From NCBI GenBank assembly GCA_002633005.1, contig NMRA01000636.1, forward strand, positions 1 through 64,000: a stretch of DNA of 64,000 bases, written 5' to 3'. The stretch is from Phoronis australis (lineage: Eukaryota > Animalia > Phoronida). Position 1 is the first letter of the stretch. The number at the start of each line of letters is the position of its first letter. Positions 26,101 to 41,100 of this stretch are shown here, piece by piece. The position numbers were made by a program, and so were the translations under genes. A model generated the notes under the pieces. The model saw nothing but the letters and a program-made list of their open reading frames with translations. It did not search any database and was not told the DNA's origin.

Positions 26101-29100
26101 ATTGATGAAATTTTGGGACGCGGCTTGAAATTTGGGTGATTGGGCGACCGTTAAAGTATATCCCTGTACATGAAATAAAATCATCAAAACACAATGGATT
26201 TTGTTGTTTTATAGCTCTGGTCAAACCCATTAACTTCAGGAAGTTTAACCCATCCAACAATAACTACAACAAGAGCAACGCAGAGCATTGAAATGCGCCC
26301 ACGAATGCATTGCAAATGGTGTGCTTTTAGAGTTATTTGTATCATAAAAATGGCCACCAGATGGCCCAAAAACGTACAATCCACCCAAAAACGGGAACAT
26401 GCCATATTTCAAAAAAATGTGTCAAGGAACTTCAGCGAAACAAAGAAAAACATAATAAAATGAAATTGCCAGTGGGCACAGCGTCCGTTGGATCCGACAG
26501 AAAGTCATTGTCTCATCTGTTGTTATCTTCATTATAAATACACTCACTAAATTTAATAAAGATCCTGCAGTGAGTTTAGGAGATACAGCTATCAACAAAA
26601 AAACGAAACTACCACTAGGAGGCGTCACAGTAGTCAGTCGCCATCATCAAACGTCCCATTCACACTGAAAACATATACGCCAATTTTTAAACCATCCCTA
26701 GAATGATTTTGTTGATAGAGGGGTGGACGCCAAAAACAATATTCGAAAACAGCAAAATGACTACCAGGTGGCGCAAACTACATCGATTCCATCCAAAAAC
26801 AGGAGGATAGTGTCACCTCACCAATAGATATTTGAAATGTTATGAAAATCTGTTGAGGACCTTTGAACATACAGAGTTAAATGTAAAAAACTAAAATCGC
26901 CACTAGGGAGCACACCAGAAGTCAGATCCCTCCGAAAGTTGTCGTTCATAGTCAACATCATAAAAATACACTTGCTAAATTAAGTAAACATCCTTCAAAC
27001 GGTTTAAGAGACACAGCCATGAGCGCAAAATATTATAAAATTGCCACTAGGAGGCGCCACAGAAGTGGGAGTCGTCTGAAAGTCATCGTCAGCTGTCCAC
27101 TTCATGGTAAAAACATACATGCCAATTTTCACCATTATTCTGAAAGCGGTTTGGTTGATAGACGAGTGGACGCCAAAAAACAGACTTGAAAACAGTAAGA
27201 ATGGCCACTAGGTGGCACAAACTGGCTTGAATCCATCTGAAAACGGAGAGATAGCGTCACCTCATTATCAGATGCCTGTATGCAAAATTTTATGAAAATA
27301 AGTTGAGGATACAGAGGTAAATGTAAAAAAACAAAATTGCCACTAGGTGGCACACCGGTAGTAGGATCCGTTCGAAAGTATGCTCATGCTGTCCGATCCA
27401 CGGAAGGAATAAATGTGCAAAATTTCAGTAGTCAGATTTGTCCGAAAGTTGTCGTTGTCCGTTGTCAACATCACATGAATACACTTTCTAAATTTAGTAA
27501 AATCCTACGAACGGTTTAGGAGATACAAGCATAGGCGCAAAAAAAAAACTGCCACTAGGAGGTGCCACAGTAGTCGAAGTAGTGGGAAATTATTGTCAGC
27601 CATTCACTTCATATTAAAAACATACACGCCAATTTTCACAATCATTCTTTGAGCGGTTTGGTTGATAGAGGGGTGGATGCAATGAAAATCCGTTGAGGAC
27701 TTTTGAAGATACAGAGGAAGACGTAAAAAAACTAAGGTGCCACTAGGAGGCACACCGGTACTCCGATCCGTCCGAAAGTTTGCTCATGCCGTCCCATCCA
27801 CGGAAGGAATACATGTGTACAATTTCACGAACATACGTCAAGGGGTTTTGGAGATAGAGCAGCGGACGCCAGACGGAGATGACGGCCTAATGCGTCCACA
27901 TATATTATGTGGGCGCATAAAAATGCGTTTCACGGCCACAGTATCAATGATGTCTTTTAAACCTTTGATATGTAACCATGTTGGTGCATCTCAAACAGTG
28001 AAATTGAATATTGTACTCATTAGTTAAAACACTGCTTTACGGGGGAATAGCAGTTTGCAGTTTCAAAATCTAAATTAACTGTAGCTGCTTGTCAAATTGC
28101 ACGACTCACCCTGGTACCCGACTCCTTCACTTCTTTCAGATAACTCCATATCTGTGAAGGACTGATGCGACCACAAACAACGATGGAGTCAGGAAGGTCC
28201 TGAAAAACAACAAGAGCAATGCAGAGCATTGATATGCACCCACCGTATTAAGATAAAACTCATTTTCAAACAGTCCACCACACTAGAGTGAGCAAACTAG
28301 TGAACTTAAAATTGACCTTAAGGGATGCAGTGCTAATCTTCTGAATACTGGCAAAAGCAATGCTGGCATATATTGAGATTGTCAAACAAATTACCACTAG
28401 CACTCAGATCTGTTTGATAATTGATGTCAGTCATGCTCACCAAAGATACTAATTTGTTACGATTCTTCAAGGGCTTTGGTAGATCAAAAGGCCGATATCA
28501 AAAGCGAATACTAAACTTATAAAATTGCCACTAGGGGTAGACCACAAGTCAGAATTGTTCAAAATGGTCAAGTACTGTTATCTTGTGGATAAAATCTTAT
28601 CTGCCAAATTTCAAATTAAACGATACTTCATCAAACTTGGCAGCAATTGAGGCAAACCCCAAAAAGTAAAACTGCCACTAGGGGGCATAACGGTACGGCA
28701 CTCATAAACTCAGAAGTAGACAGATTGCTAAAAATCAGGGTTCCCCCCGTCAGCACAAACCACAATCAATTTCAATGACAGGTGACATATGTGTGGAAGC
28801 CAGGATAATCCCGCAGGCTATCACATGGGATTGAGTTATTCCTGAATTCCTACTTATCATTGAAGTCATCATCTTTAACAAGTGCAACAAAAAGAATTGA
28901 TGAGTCTATAACTGATGCAATGCCAACATAAACTACTGAGGATGCTCATTTATATCATATAACAAAAGAATTTTACAATCTTTTAAAGAAGAATGCATAG
29001 ACATTGGGTGCAAGTGGCTAATGCTAGAATGTAATTAAAATGATTTTATTAATAAGTGAATAGCTTTTTTGAAATGTTAGGTAGTCATAATACAAGCTTC

Positions 29101-32100
29101 CCAATAATCGAAATTTGATGCACCCACTGATGACCAACAATACTACAATGTGTCACGTGGACGTCAAAGTTAGATGTTAGTGTGCTAGATATAGGTCTGT
29201 AAATGGGTCCAACAACAATAAGTATTAAGAGCGATAAAAGCTTTACTGACAACAGACCCTCACTTGACAAGAAGGCATTCAAAAATTACTTATTTCATTG
29301 ATGGGAAAACATTGATACACTAGTTTGACCATGTCGTTCTGCCTAACCATGTCTCAGTGAAATCAATTATGCCCACATTCAGATTCTCAATTAAAATTTG
29401 TAAGTCATCAAATGATGTTATAAGTGACTTCATTCATACTGTTAATTGACTGACTGAAGCAAACAACAAATGCAAAAACATAAATCGTCCAAGACTAACA
29501 TTGTAAGAAAAAACTGCACATTTTCCTTCTTTATTGTCAAGAAAACTGGCCATTTCGTCCACACATAAGAACACCCAGCATGTCACCTAAAAGTAACGCA
29601 GTTTTTAATTAAAATAAAAAATAGAAAATCACAACTTGTGAGTGACTGAATCTTGTATTTCGTTAACTCACTGTTCGAACAAAGTCGGCAGGGCCCGAGA
29701 TAGCACTGGCAGTGGTGAAGAACTTGGTGACCTCTGGCATAAATACAAAACCCTTCCATATAGAAGGGACCTTGCGGTGTTTGTGTAAGTGCAGCTCCCT
29801 TGATAAACTAGAGCTGGAGGGCATGTCACTCATGGGGGAGCTAAAATACCACATTTAACATTCATAACAGTGATGAAGTTGAAATAGTGTATTGCAACAA
29901 GATTGTTACTTCGACAAAAGAAGCAAATGTAGTAGAAAAATTCTTTTAATGAAGACTTGTTAATCACTCTGGATTTGTAAAAATTACAGCACGCGATGAC
30001 ATAGCAGTCACAATTTACTAGACGTCCTTCAAAGAATTCTGTTCTACTATACTCAAAATTGGGGAAACATCACCTGTTACACACAAAAGGTCTAAACTCA
30101 ACCTCCTCAATGTCTACTGTCAAGCAAATCAAGTACCTGCTAGTGGAGGACGGCTCCATTGATGGCCCTGGAGAACCTCTTTTCTCTTTTTTCTCCCTAT
30201 CCCTGTCCTTCTGCTCCTTGCTATCTCTCACCCTGGCCTTTTTTACCTCTCTATCCTTTGACTCCCAATGTTCATCGTGTTCTGTGCTCACAGTCTTGGC
30301 AATCCGCAGCCGTTTAGGAGGTGGTGCGTCATCCTTAGGCGGTGCCACCTTGCCTGTGCAGATTTTGCAATTGAGGTCAAACAAGTGGGACCTGTGCATA
30401 GAGGTTGTATCAGCAACGACACTGGTCAGAGGGTCAGGTTCTGCCTTCGTCTTCTCCTTGGTGGATCTAATGGGGCTCTGGAACACAGAGGTTATCTACA
30501 TGAAAGCAGAAAAGATCACAGTGCAAAGGTACAGGGCACATTTTTGGTGCAACTTCATATAAACACACTTGATAAATTTAGTAAAGATCCTGCCGAGTGT
30601 TTAAGAGTCACTGCATGAGACAGTCACACAATTTGCAATATTCTGGGAACATGACATGTCACGAATTTTAAATTTGATATGCCATAAACGTTGGGGTTAA
30701 CGCCTATGCTCAGTTAACCACCAATCTCCTACTTTAGGTGGATTTTTGATTTAACCGCCCACTGCTCGGTTAACCGCCCATCTGCAATTTTTGAAGATTT
30801 CCAGTTAAGTGCCCACCTCTCGGTTAAGCGCCCATCCCCGACTTTTAAAGATTGAAGACATAGCGCCCAGTGCTACGCAAACGCGCGATTCCCCCACTTT
30901 TAGATCGATGATCACAACTAGAGTGCAATGACGGCCTCCGAGCCGGCGGTTTGGCAATGTGAATTATAATACAAGTAACAAATTCTTGTCTCGGGTCATG
31001 AATTTACTTCAAAATATAATACTTGAACGTTTTGTCACTTTATTTTCTTCCCATGTTCGCAAAGTTTAAGAACCCCGCCGGCCTCAAGGCCTCCGCTTTT
31101 AGTGACGCGGTCTGCCGCGCTGAGTGTCTGTCTGCAGTGCACTAGATAAAACATAAACCGGGTATTCGGAAAAAATCAGGCCAGAGAAATGTGACAGTGG
31201 TTTTGCCAACCCTTCCAATTCGCTTTTGGTAGGAAGCTCTCGTATTTTGAAGAATTTCCATAACTCACAGAAAGATGTCAAATTCTCCCTATTTTGATGA
31301 GTGTAATTGCCAGGTTATCAAGGATGTGTAGCGACCGAACGGACAATGTACCTTGCTGGCCGATTTGCTGTCTCTCGATTTCTGAATTCAAAGGTTGGCA
31401 ATACCTTACTGGATGTTTGTGTATCGTCTTGAAGAAATAAAAAACTGCAAGTCAAATTTTGTTTTTCGCTTATTGCATCTCAGACAAGTTGGTAATAGCA
31501 GATTTCGCCAAAGTCGCTGGCGGTTCTTTATAGTACGATTTCTTGTGACAGGCGTAACTGTGAATTATCGTATCCACCTAGCACTTTAGCTTCCCGAATA
31601 TTTTTGTTTCTGCATTGGGCAGTTTCAGCCTGAACAAAATTCTTACCATTCGAGTCTGAGACATCTACGACGTAACTGATTGAAAATTGGCTGCAGTGGT
31701 AATGGCGTGCACGCAGTTAGCTACGGGTATGGAACATCGGGTCCAGTGATCATCGAGCCAGGAAATATTGACATCATAGTTTTAGGTCATTGGAACAGAG
31801 GAATATCGTAAAACACTGAGTTTTTTGTAACAACAGCTTAAAAGTACAGAGTCGCGCCGGTGTACTCCTTTACGTAGGGCTGTCGCTGTTCTCCTTTGAT
31901 GTGCGATCTCTGAAGTGGTACACACGCGTAAGTTCCCACACTCTGGAGTGCATGTTACATTGACAACAACATATGTGATTGACAGGTGACTCATACGTAC
32001 GCGCGTGCTGAATCCAGCCACTGTCTTTTGTCACATAAAACAAGACCCATATTGAAAGAGGCCGTTAAATTACTTGACAGCATTTCCAAGCCTAGCGACG

Positions 32101-35100
32101 GCATATTGCGCGCAAACAGCGGGACCGACCAGTGCCGCAGTGCGATATTGCCGTAGGTGATATTATAATAGAATAATCTGTACATATTGCGTGTAAAATA
32201 AATGTGTTTTTCGAGTTGCTTTATGTTTGCCAGGTAGGCCTATCTATTTTACAACCCCCCCCCAAAATAAACGGCTCGCGTAGGTTGGAATTTCTCGTTG
32301 GCAGGTACAAGACGTCTATAATCTCGGCTCGCATTTCCAAATTTCATGTCGCCAATGCGACCTGCAGTTTGTTATGCTGAGTGCGGAGTCTCGGTTGCAA
32401 AACACTGACTCAGAAAGGACGCGTTGCTGGTTGAAGCTCTTCACTAATTTAGTCGTATAGCCGCGCAAACCAGGGATGCCGGTTACCCGAAGAATTGAGG
32501 CTACAACTACGAATTGTTTTTTACCGACGCAGATACGTGTACGCACTGGTAATTTTTTCCTCGGACTCTACTGTACGCGCTCACTAGACTCATCCCCAGT
32601 CATAGTGATANNNNNNNNNNNNNNNNNNNNNNNNNNNNNNNNNNNNNNNNNNNNNNNNNNNNNNNNNNNNNNNNNNNNNNNNNNNNNNNNNNNNNNNNNN
32701 NNNNNNNNNNNNNNNNNNNNNNNNNNNNNNNNNNNNNNNNNNNNNNNNNNNNNNNNNNNNNNNNNNNNNNNNNNNNNNNNNNNNNNNNNNNNNNNNNNNN
32801 NNNNNNNNNNNNNNNNNNNNNNNNNNNNNNNNNNNNNNNNNNNNNNNNNNNNNNNNNNNNNNNNNNNNNNNNNNNNNNNNNNNNNNNNNNNNNNNNNNNN
32901 NNNNNNNNNNNNNNNNNNNNNNNNNNNNNNNNNNNNNNNNNNNNNNNNNNNNNNNNNNNNNNNNNNNNNNNNNNNNNNNNNNNNNNNNNNNNNNNNNNNN
33001 NNNNNNNNNNNNNNNNNNNNNNNNNNNNNNNNNNNNNNNNNNNNNNNNNNNNNNNNNNNNNNNNNNNNNNNNNNNNNNNNNNNNNNNNNNNNNNNNNNNN
33101 NNNNNNNNNNNNNNGAGGCCCGGCGTCGTTGCGCTCATTGTGATCATCGATCTTTTTCTAAAAGTCGGGGAATCGCGCGTTTCCTTAGCACTGGGCGCTA
33201 AATCTTCATTCTTTAAAAGTCGGGGATGGGCGCTTAACCGAGAGGTGGGCGCTTAACTGGAAATCTTCAAAAATCGCAGGGGGGCGCTTAACCGAGCAGT
33301 GGGCGGTTAAATCGAAAATCCACCTAAAGTAGGGGGTGGGCGGTTAACTGAGCATGGGCGTTAACCCGAACGTTTACGGTATATCAGCATTTGGCGACTT
33401 GGCGATAAAGCTCTTCGAAAAGTTCTACACGTTCCGAGTACGTGTGTCGTGTGGTACTCTGATCATGAGGAAAGATTAACCACCCAGGGCGGTTTTCTGC
33501 CGTAATAAGCACCCATGTTCAGTTAACCGCCCACCCTGGATTTCTTGAAATTTCACGTTTAAGCACCCATGTCTGGTTAGCCGCCCACCCCCGATTTTTT
33601 GAATTTGCCGATTTAACTGCCCAGGGCGTTAACCTGAATGTTGACGGTAGTATACATATCACTTGGGGTGAATTAGCTACAAAAAATAAAAATTAGTTCT
33701 GTCCTTCGTCACTTTGTAAATATATAACGAATAACTAAATCGGGTGAAAAATTGGTCATAAGCTCTTGTGCAGGACTGTTGAAAATGCCCTATGTTTCAA
33801 TGGGAATTAACCCACTTCGCAGGCGTTTAAAACCAAAATTTGATGAGTTATACACTACTATCCTTTTTGAAATTGAGAATGCCAAAAATAAATCAGAATG
33901 ATATATTTTGATATTTGTACGCCTTGCCTCCACGGTCCAAAAACAGCTACCCATTTAGACCTACATAGAGGCCTATGTAATTCAAGCGCGCAAAATCGCT
34001 CACCACCCACACATGGGTTCTGTGATAGCTACAGCTCTCGTCTTTGACAAGATATCTTTATTTCCATGGACAGCACCGTTTTTAATTCTCGAATTTACAC
34101 TTTAGCGAAGGCACTTTCACCTTTTTCATATTGCCACCAATAGAAGGCGGCAAAGCAGAAAATATGAAAAATATGATCCAAATTGGAAGTGAATCGTAAT
34201 AAAAAAATCATATTAAATTTCATTTAAGATAACCAGAATTGGTTCGAGCGTTCTTTTAGCGAAATATTGCGTTATTGACATTTATCTAAGAAACGGAATG
34301 AGGTTCGCGAAAATAGGACACGCTCTGAACCAAAATGGCAGCAGCCAGCAATCAGCTGTGTAACTTGCAACAAAGATATTGTCAAATACCTGAAAAGTGT
34401 CAACGCACTAGATCACTTAGTTGATTGGCAATCTGGCACGAATGGGAGTGTGAGAGACAAAGGAACTGACCAGCCTGTTAGAACAAAATATCATAAGTCC
34501 AAAGCACTGTCTGTGGCAGTATCCAGGTTGTAAGGTGTACGTTTGCAGCCTCAGCAATGCAAAGGATGTTCACCACTCAATCCCAGGATTACGTCAACTT
34601 AATAACTTCTCACTTCAAGGTCAGCTACGTAACAGTCCAAAGTATGGGCTGTATGCAATTACAAAGACTTGTTTTTCTCAGAAATAGTCATACCATCTGA
34701 AAACCAGTTTCAGATTTATATGTGGTCTAAAACAAAGTTAAATATGTGATGGAATGGAATATTCTTTCTTGATTTTTAAATAGGACTTCAAATCTGATGC
34801 TTACAATTAAGTTACCTATTTCAACAGGAAAAGTGGTTGCTTGGAAAGCATATGGGATCGGAGATGGGATGGTTTTGGGGAATCCTGCTTCTGAATGCTA
34901 ACCAGTGGAACTAGTCGTTGAGGAATGTCATGCTGCATCCTCATTGAGACCTTTCACTAGTTTCAGCAATCAAAAGACAAAGATATTCCTGTGTCCAAAA
35001 GATGACTGTAACAGCACTTTTGAACTCAAGCAGCAAGTTAGCATGGGCTGGCATGATAAACAGCTAACAGCACTTGGAACATCATCACTACGATGCAGAG

Positions 35101-38100
35101 AGAAAGTGGGCTGCCAAAGTCACTGGTATTGAAGGTGAAGTTCATGATCTAACAGCATCACAAATTCATAAGTTTGACATATAACCTTTGCTATGCATTT
35201 TAGTCACTGACTGCTCCTAGTTGACTTAATTGTCAACATGGAAATGCGCTGTGTGATGTTCTATATTACAACCCAACAAAAAGTGAAGCTGTTGTGCAAC
35301 ATGCTACTCAACAGCCTATGCAGCCATGGCTTGGACATTCCCACAAATTTAGGCTGGATTTTTTTTGATGTGGAGTAATGTATCAATCAGACTACTCAAA
35401 CAGCACAACTCTCTTACTTATGACCACAGCATTTGGATTCGTAAGCTCATTTTGTAAATTCACAAAACATGGCTACCCATCCAAAAAGCATGGCTCCTGG
35501 TGTTGCATCCAGCTTTGTTACCTATAAACACTCCTCACACACTCTTCCCCGAGTCATGCACATGATTTTGGTTGCCAAAGCTGTGTTTAATTTGTGTGAA
35601 CAGGGATCGGCTTACAATTAGGTGTGTGAGTGGTGTTCACGAGTGTTTGACAATTGTTGTTTTGGTAGCCTGCCAATGGACTAGATAACATATACTATCT
35701 TAGTGATTGTTGCATTTGCAGGTGTAAAATGCAGGTAGCTAGTACCCAAACAGCAGGAGAGTCATACAGCACAATGGGGTGGGCTCTGAAGTCAGTATAA
35801 AGGTCTGAAATAATGACTGAAAGCGTAAAAATGTTTTTGACTGTTCAACAAAGGCATGAAAACTGGTCAAAAAAGCAATCCAGTGAGGTGTTCTCAACAA
35901 ACCAGAACCGCATAACACAATCATAGAACTGCTATTAGAATATCTTGAATAGTGTCCATGTCAGTGTTACTGAATTCTTGTTGTGCACCTTATGGTGTGT
36001 TTATTGCTATGCAGTAATATTGCTAGTGACTTTGATTCCATGATATTTTCCGTGAAATTAATTCTCACGCCAAGAGTGTCCCTTTAACAGTCCATTCCAG
36101 ATAATTTGTTTTCATTAATATACAGTACAAGCCAAATGTATTCAGACAAAATAACCCGGAATTCCTTGCCATGAAAGCTGAGGCAAAAGTAGAATTCGTG
36201 GTCAAAGTGGTCTTCCTTTGTGACTGAAAATGAAGGGAAACAGGAAAGTTAGTATGGTGGCTAAGACATTCTATGATTAGCCATCGTAATAATTATTACC
36301 ATTCATTTTTGCATTAACAGGACTAGCCATCAAGCGGGGCAAAGCTGATTGTTCGGTCTAATCGCTTTTGTAGTCACCTTTTATGTTCGGCGGACAACAA
36401 TCCATTGAAAATAATTAGGCCTAAGGCTCAGTGGTTAGTTCTATGAGGTCAAACTAGTCAGCAGACACGGTTACGCAGTTCATACAACGGCCGTCTTTTG
36501 GGTGGACAGTGAATCTTTTGGGTGGCCAGAATGTTATTTTCGTAGCACATTTTTCAGTATTCCGTGGGAGTCACGACACTGATCTGACTTAACGACACCA
36601 GTCGCAACAAATCTTTGCATGGAAACGCTTTTGATGACTCTTATTGGTTGTTGTTTATGCATTTCACACTTAGATGAATATTATTGGTTACCGGCCCATC
36701 GAGATTGACAGAGTTCATCTCATTGCCTTATAAGGAGTTTTATTGGCAGCTTACACATTATGTGGTGAATACTCCCTCTGAAAATCTGCCAAGCCGTTTG
36801 CAACTCAACATTGGTAGCGTTCATACGCGAAGTTTGTGGTTTCGGGAAGTAATTCCAAGATTTGGACAGCTATTGACGTCACCGGGTAAAGTTCAAAATA
36901 TATGTCTCGCGGTTAGAAATTGTAGCCAAAATCACGTGCTCTCATTGTAAACATATGGCAATATCTCGCGTAATCTCGCAGTCTTGTTTACTTAGCGTGG
37001 CCCTTATGTATTGAACTCTATCCTGACATCCGTTACCAATTGACATGCACATTCTGCATACTTAGTAATGTCGTCTGCCACGGGAAGGGGTAGAAAGACT
37101 GCTGAGGATTATATTAAAAACCGAGAGATGTTTGACATACTAACTCAGATGCAGATATGACAAATAGTCCAGATCCGGATGGTGGTGATACTGCCGCACT
37201 CACTCAATGAATCGCAAATATTCGTGCCATGAACGGTAGACCGAATTTTTGCCGACCATCAGGCATCAGCATTCTTACAATTCGCTCCAACTTGAGAATA
37301 AATGGTTCTCAGCTGGAAGAATGAGTTTGTGACAATCAAATTTATGGAAATTCCATAGTTGTAAGCATTTGACATCTTTCTAGAAATATTGGTTTTCATC
37401 AACAGGCCTAAAAGTCCAGTCCAAGTAAATGTAAAACGCACGTGAATCGTTTTCCTTACCTAATTTGCATTCATGTTGTGCAATTTTTAGAAGAATTCTG
37501 GTAGTGCAGAAGTTTAATGTTGTACCAACTTCAGAACATCAAATTCAGACAGACAATGCAGGCTGGGGGTATTGACTATAAGACTGCCGTGCAAGACTTT
37601 AGACTGAGAGAAAACGTAGACGAGACTATCAAGACATAAAACTCTGATTGGCTTTACAAAGACACTTCACTTGGGCTGTATACTTCATGGGAAAATTTTA
37701 CCTCTATCTTTAGGCTTTTTGGACTTAGTCGACGTTGATATCACAAGTAGGCCTATTGAGTAAAATATTTCCCCATACTGTTTCAAATGCGCCTGTATAG
37801 GCTTCCATTTCAAAGTCATTGACTAAACAAATGGTTTATGTGATATGTTTGTAAACAAGTCCACCTTTTAAAAATAAAAAGTTGAACAAACGAAGTTATT
37901 TGTTTACACTACTGTGTGTTACTGTTGAAGTGGGTAGGTAAAAATAAGGCACATACTAGCCTACGGGTAAAGTTGACCGCAGCGCGGTTCCGGCATGTTT
38001 GTTGCAGTTTTTATGCATGCGACCTGTTTAGATTTTCAGATGTGGAGAACACTGTAATCTCTCAGGGCTGTTCCAGCAAAATCTGTGTGGGAGGGGGGAA

Positions 38101-41100
38101 GGCAACTGAAATAAAAATTTAGGGGTGGTTGCGTTTGATTTAAATTCAAAATGGCTGGTGGTCGTACTTCAAAAAAAAAAAATTTACAGGTCGTTGTTTC
38201 ATTGGGCCATAAATGTTTGATGGTGGGTAATTTTAGTAAATTTTATAAACAATCTGCACAGAATCAAAAACGGAAACAAAAATGCAACTTGCAAAAAGCT
38301 CCGACTTTTTCACTCCCTCCGATCTCCCCATCAGCATGCCCATAACACCAGTCAACCACAGCCGCTCGAATTTCTCGATGGCTATTAACCATATACAAGA
38401 GCAACGCGGAGCGTTGAAATGCACCCACAATTGCACCGCATATGGTATCCTTCTAGGGTTGTTTATTGGTACCATAAAGTGGCCAGTAGAGGGCATACTT
38501 TGCAAAATGGAAAGGCATGGTCATTGTCTCCTCAATAGGCTAGGGGCAAAATGTGAGTAATCTTCATAATACAAGCACATCCTATACACCAGTTGCTTAA
38601 AGCACCACAGAAACATAGAATTAAAAACAAATTTACCAACATACGAGATTAGCACAGCATTAGAATGCCAGAAACAAATTTCTACTTGGAACTTTTCCTT
38701 CATAGTCACGAAGTAACACAAAGTATACACCTGAAGACCTATGAAAATACAGAGGTCAATGTAAAATACTAAAATTGCCACTAGAGGCATACCGGTAGTC
38801 AGAATCATCCTAAAGTCGTCATCGTCCGTTGTCAACATCACATAAATACACTTGCTAAATTTAGTAAAGATCCTGCAAACGGTTTGGGAGATACAGCCAT
38901 GGGCGCAAAAAAAAACTGCCACTAGGAGGCGCCACAGTAATCAAAGTCATGGGAAATTCAGCGTCAACCGTCCTCTTCATAGTAAGAACATACATGCCAA
39001 TTTTCACAATCATACTTAGAGCGGTTTGGTTGATAGAGGGGTGGACGCCAAAAAACAGACTCAAAAACAGTAAAAATGGCCACTGGGTGTCGCAAACTAG
39101 GTCGAATCCATCCGAAAACGGGAGGATAGCGTCATCGCACTAATAGGTGCCTACATACCAAATTTCATGAAAATCCGTTAAGAACTTGTGAAGATACAGA
39201 GGTAAACGTAAAAAAATAAAATTACCACTAGGGGGCACACTGGCAGGCAGATCCATCCAAAAGTCGTCATCGTCTGTTGTTAACATAATATAAATACACT
39301 TATTAAATTTCGTAAAGATCCTGCGAACGGTTTAGGAGATACAGCCATAGGCGCAAAAAAACAAAACTGCCACTAGGAGGCGCAGCAGTATTCCAAATCG
39401 TCTGAAAATCATTGTCAGCTGTCCTCTTTATAGTGAGCACATACATGCCAATTTTCACAATCATCCTTTGAGCGGTTTGGTTCAGGGCTCGGAATGACCA
39501 ATGACAAAAAAAGCGGAAATTTTTACGGCCCAAATCATGCGCGCTACCCAGCCTTGAAATGGTCAATGTCCCGACAAAAATCAGGACTAAAAAAAAAAAC
39601 GTTACCACCATCAGTAGCATGCGTCTGCGTCCTTTTAGGTCGCCCGTCGACTCGCAATCCACACACTTTTGGCTGCAGAGCCGTAGTATTTGTCGTCGCG
39701 GTTTTCAGTAACACGAGACGCCATTGAAATTCCCACCACGCTATCCCAGATGCTCCGGCAATGTTGACAATTTACGTTCCTCCGAAACATAAAGAGCAAT
39801 ATCCGCTTTTCGAGGTGAACGTCGTCTGCAATGCCGCGGTAAGAAAAGAATTTGCCGCGGAAATTTTATATCAAATCCGATTTTTTTACGCGGAAATATT
39901 ATAAAATGCACGGAAAGAACATTTGAAAAAAGCGGAAATCCGCGTTTCCGCGGAAAATTCCAAGCCCTGTTGGTTGATAGAGGGGTGGACGCAAAAATAC
40001 AGACTCGAAAACAGTAAAAATGGCCACTAGGTGGCGCAAACTATGTCGAATCCATCTGAAAACGGGAGGATAGCGTCATCTCACTAATAGGTGCCTACAT
40101 ACCAAATTTCATGACAATCCGTTCAGGACTTTTGAAGATACAAAGGTAAGCGTAAAAAACTAAAATTGCCACTAGGGGGCACACCGGTAGTCGGATCCAT
40201 CCGAAAGTTCGCACATGCCGTCCCATTCATGAATGGAACATATGTGCCAAATTTCATGAATGTATGTCAAAGGGTTTTGGAGATAGAGCAGCGGACGCCG
40301 GACGGACGCCGCCCGGACGGACGGACGGACGGACAGAGATGACGGCATAATGCGTCCACATATAAATATGTGGGCGCATAATAAGAAACATATGTTTTCT
40401 TAGTAATGAATGATGTTAGTGGTGATGGAGGAACAGATAAACTCAAGCGCCTGTGCAGTCAACCACAAGAACAAAAAAAATTACGGGTGGTTGCATTTCA
40501 AACTTATAAAGAATTACGAGTGGTAGGCTGAAGAAATAAATGAAAAATATGGGTGGAGGGTGCGAAAAAAGGTGCCTTCCCCCCTCCCATACAGATTTTA
40601 ATGGAACAGCCCTCATGAGAACTCCGCATACCTGGCTTCTTAAATTTGTCCACCATGCTCTCAAGCATCACGATTTACTTTCCAGTCTGTAACGCACCCA
40701 AACAATGTCCTATCTAATATACTTTGGGACTATGGCCATATGTGTATATTCCAATGAAGAAAAAGTTAACAATCTGTTGAAAACAGATATTCACTCAACA
40801 GCCTTAATGAAATTCTATTAACACGTCATGACACTAACATGAGAAGAAAGCATCTGTTGTTATGCAATCATTGAACATACAACATATTGAACATTACGTG
40901 CAAAATATTTTATTTGGCAAAAATGTAATTTAATTAACTTTGCTGGAATTGGATGACATGACGTAGCAGAGGCAATTTTGAATTTCAAAGGGAATTCATT
41001 GCATGAAAACACAAAATAACCATCTGTCATTATTATACAATCATCAGACTGGTAGCATAAGGGATTTTCATTCGTAAAATTGTTACGTATCTAAATGGAC

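Larger units (their letters stand above)
38065..40612. mobile_element. PIF/Harbinger-like MITE (outer element of a three-level nest)
   Basis: About 40-bp TIR gggctgttcca..aaaatctgt.tgggagggggaaggca and its reverse complement; 3-bp TSD TCA on both sides. Confidence 0.75.

Noticed and set aside
34450-36300. Repeat-poor intronic stretch as a possible alternative terminal exon or UTR
   Set aside because: No ORF with family similarity and no splice evidence; needs transcript data.
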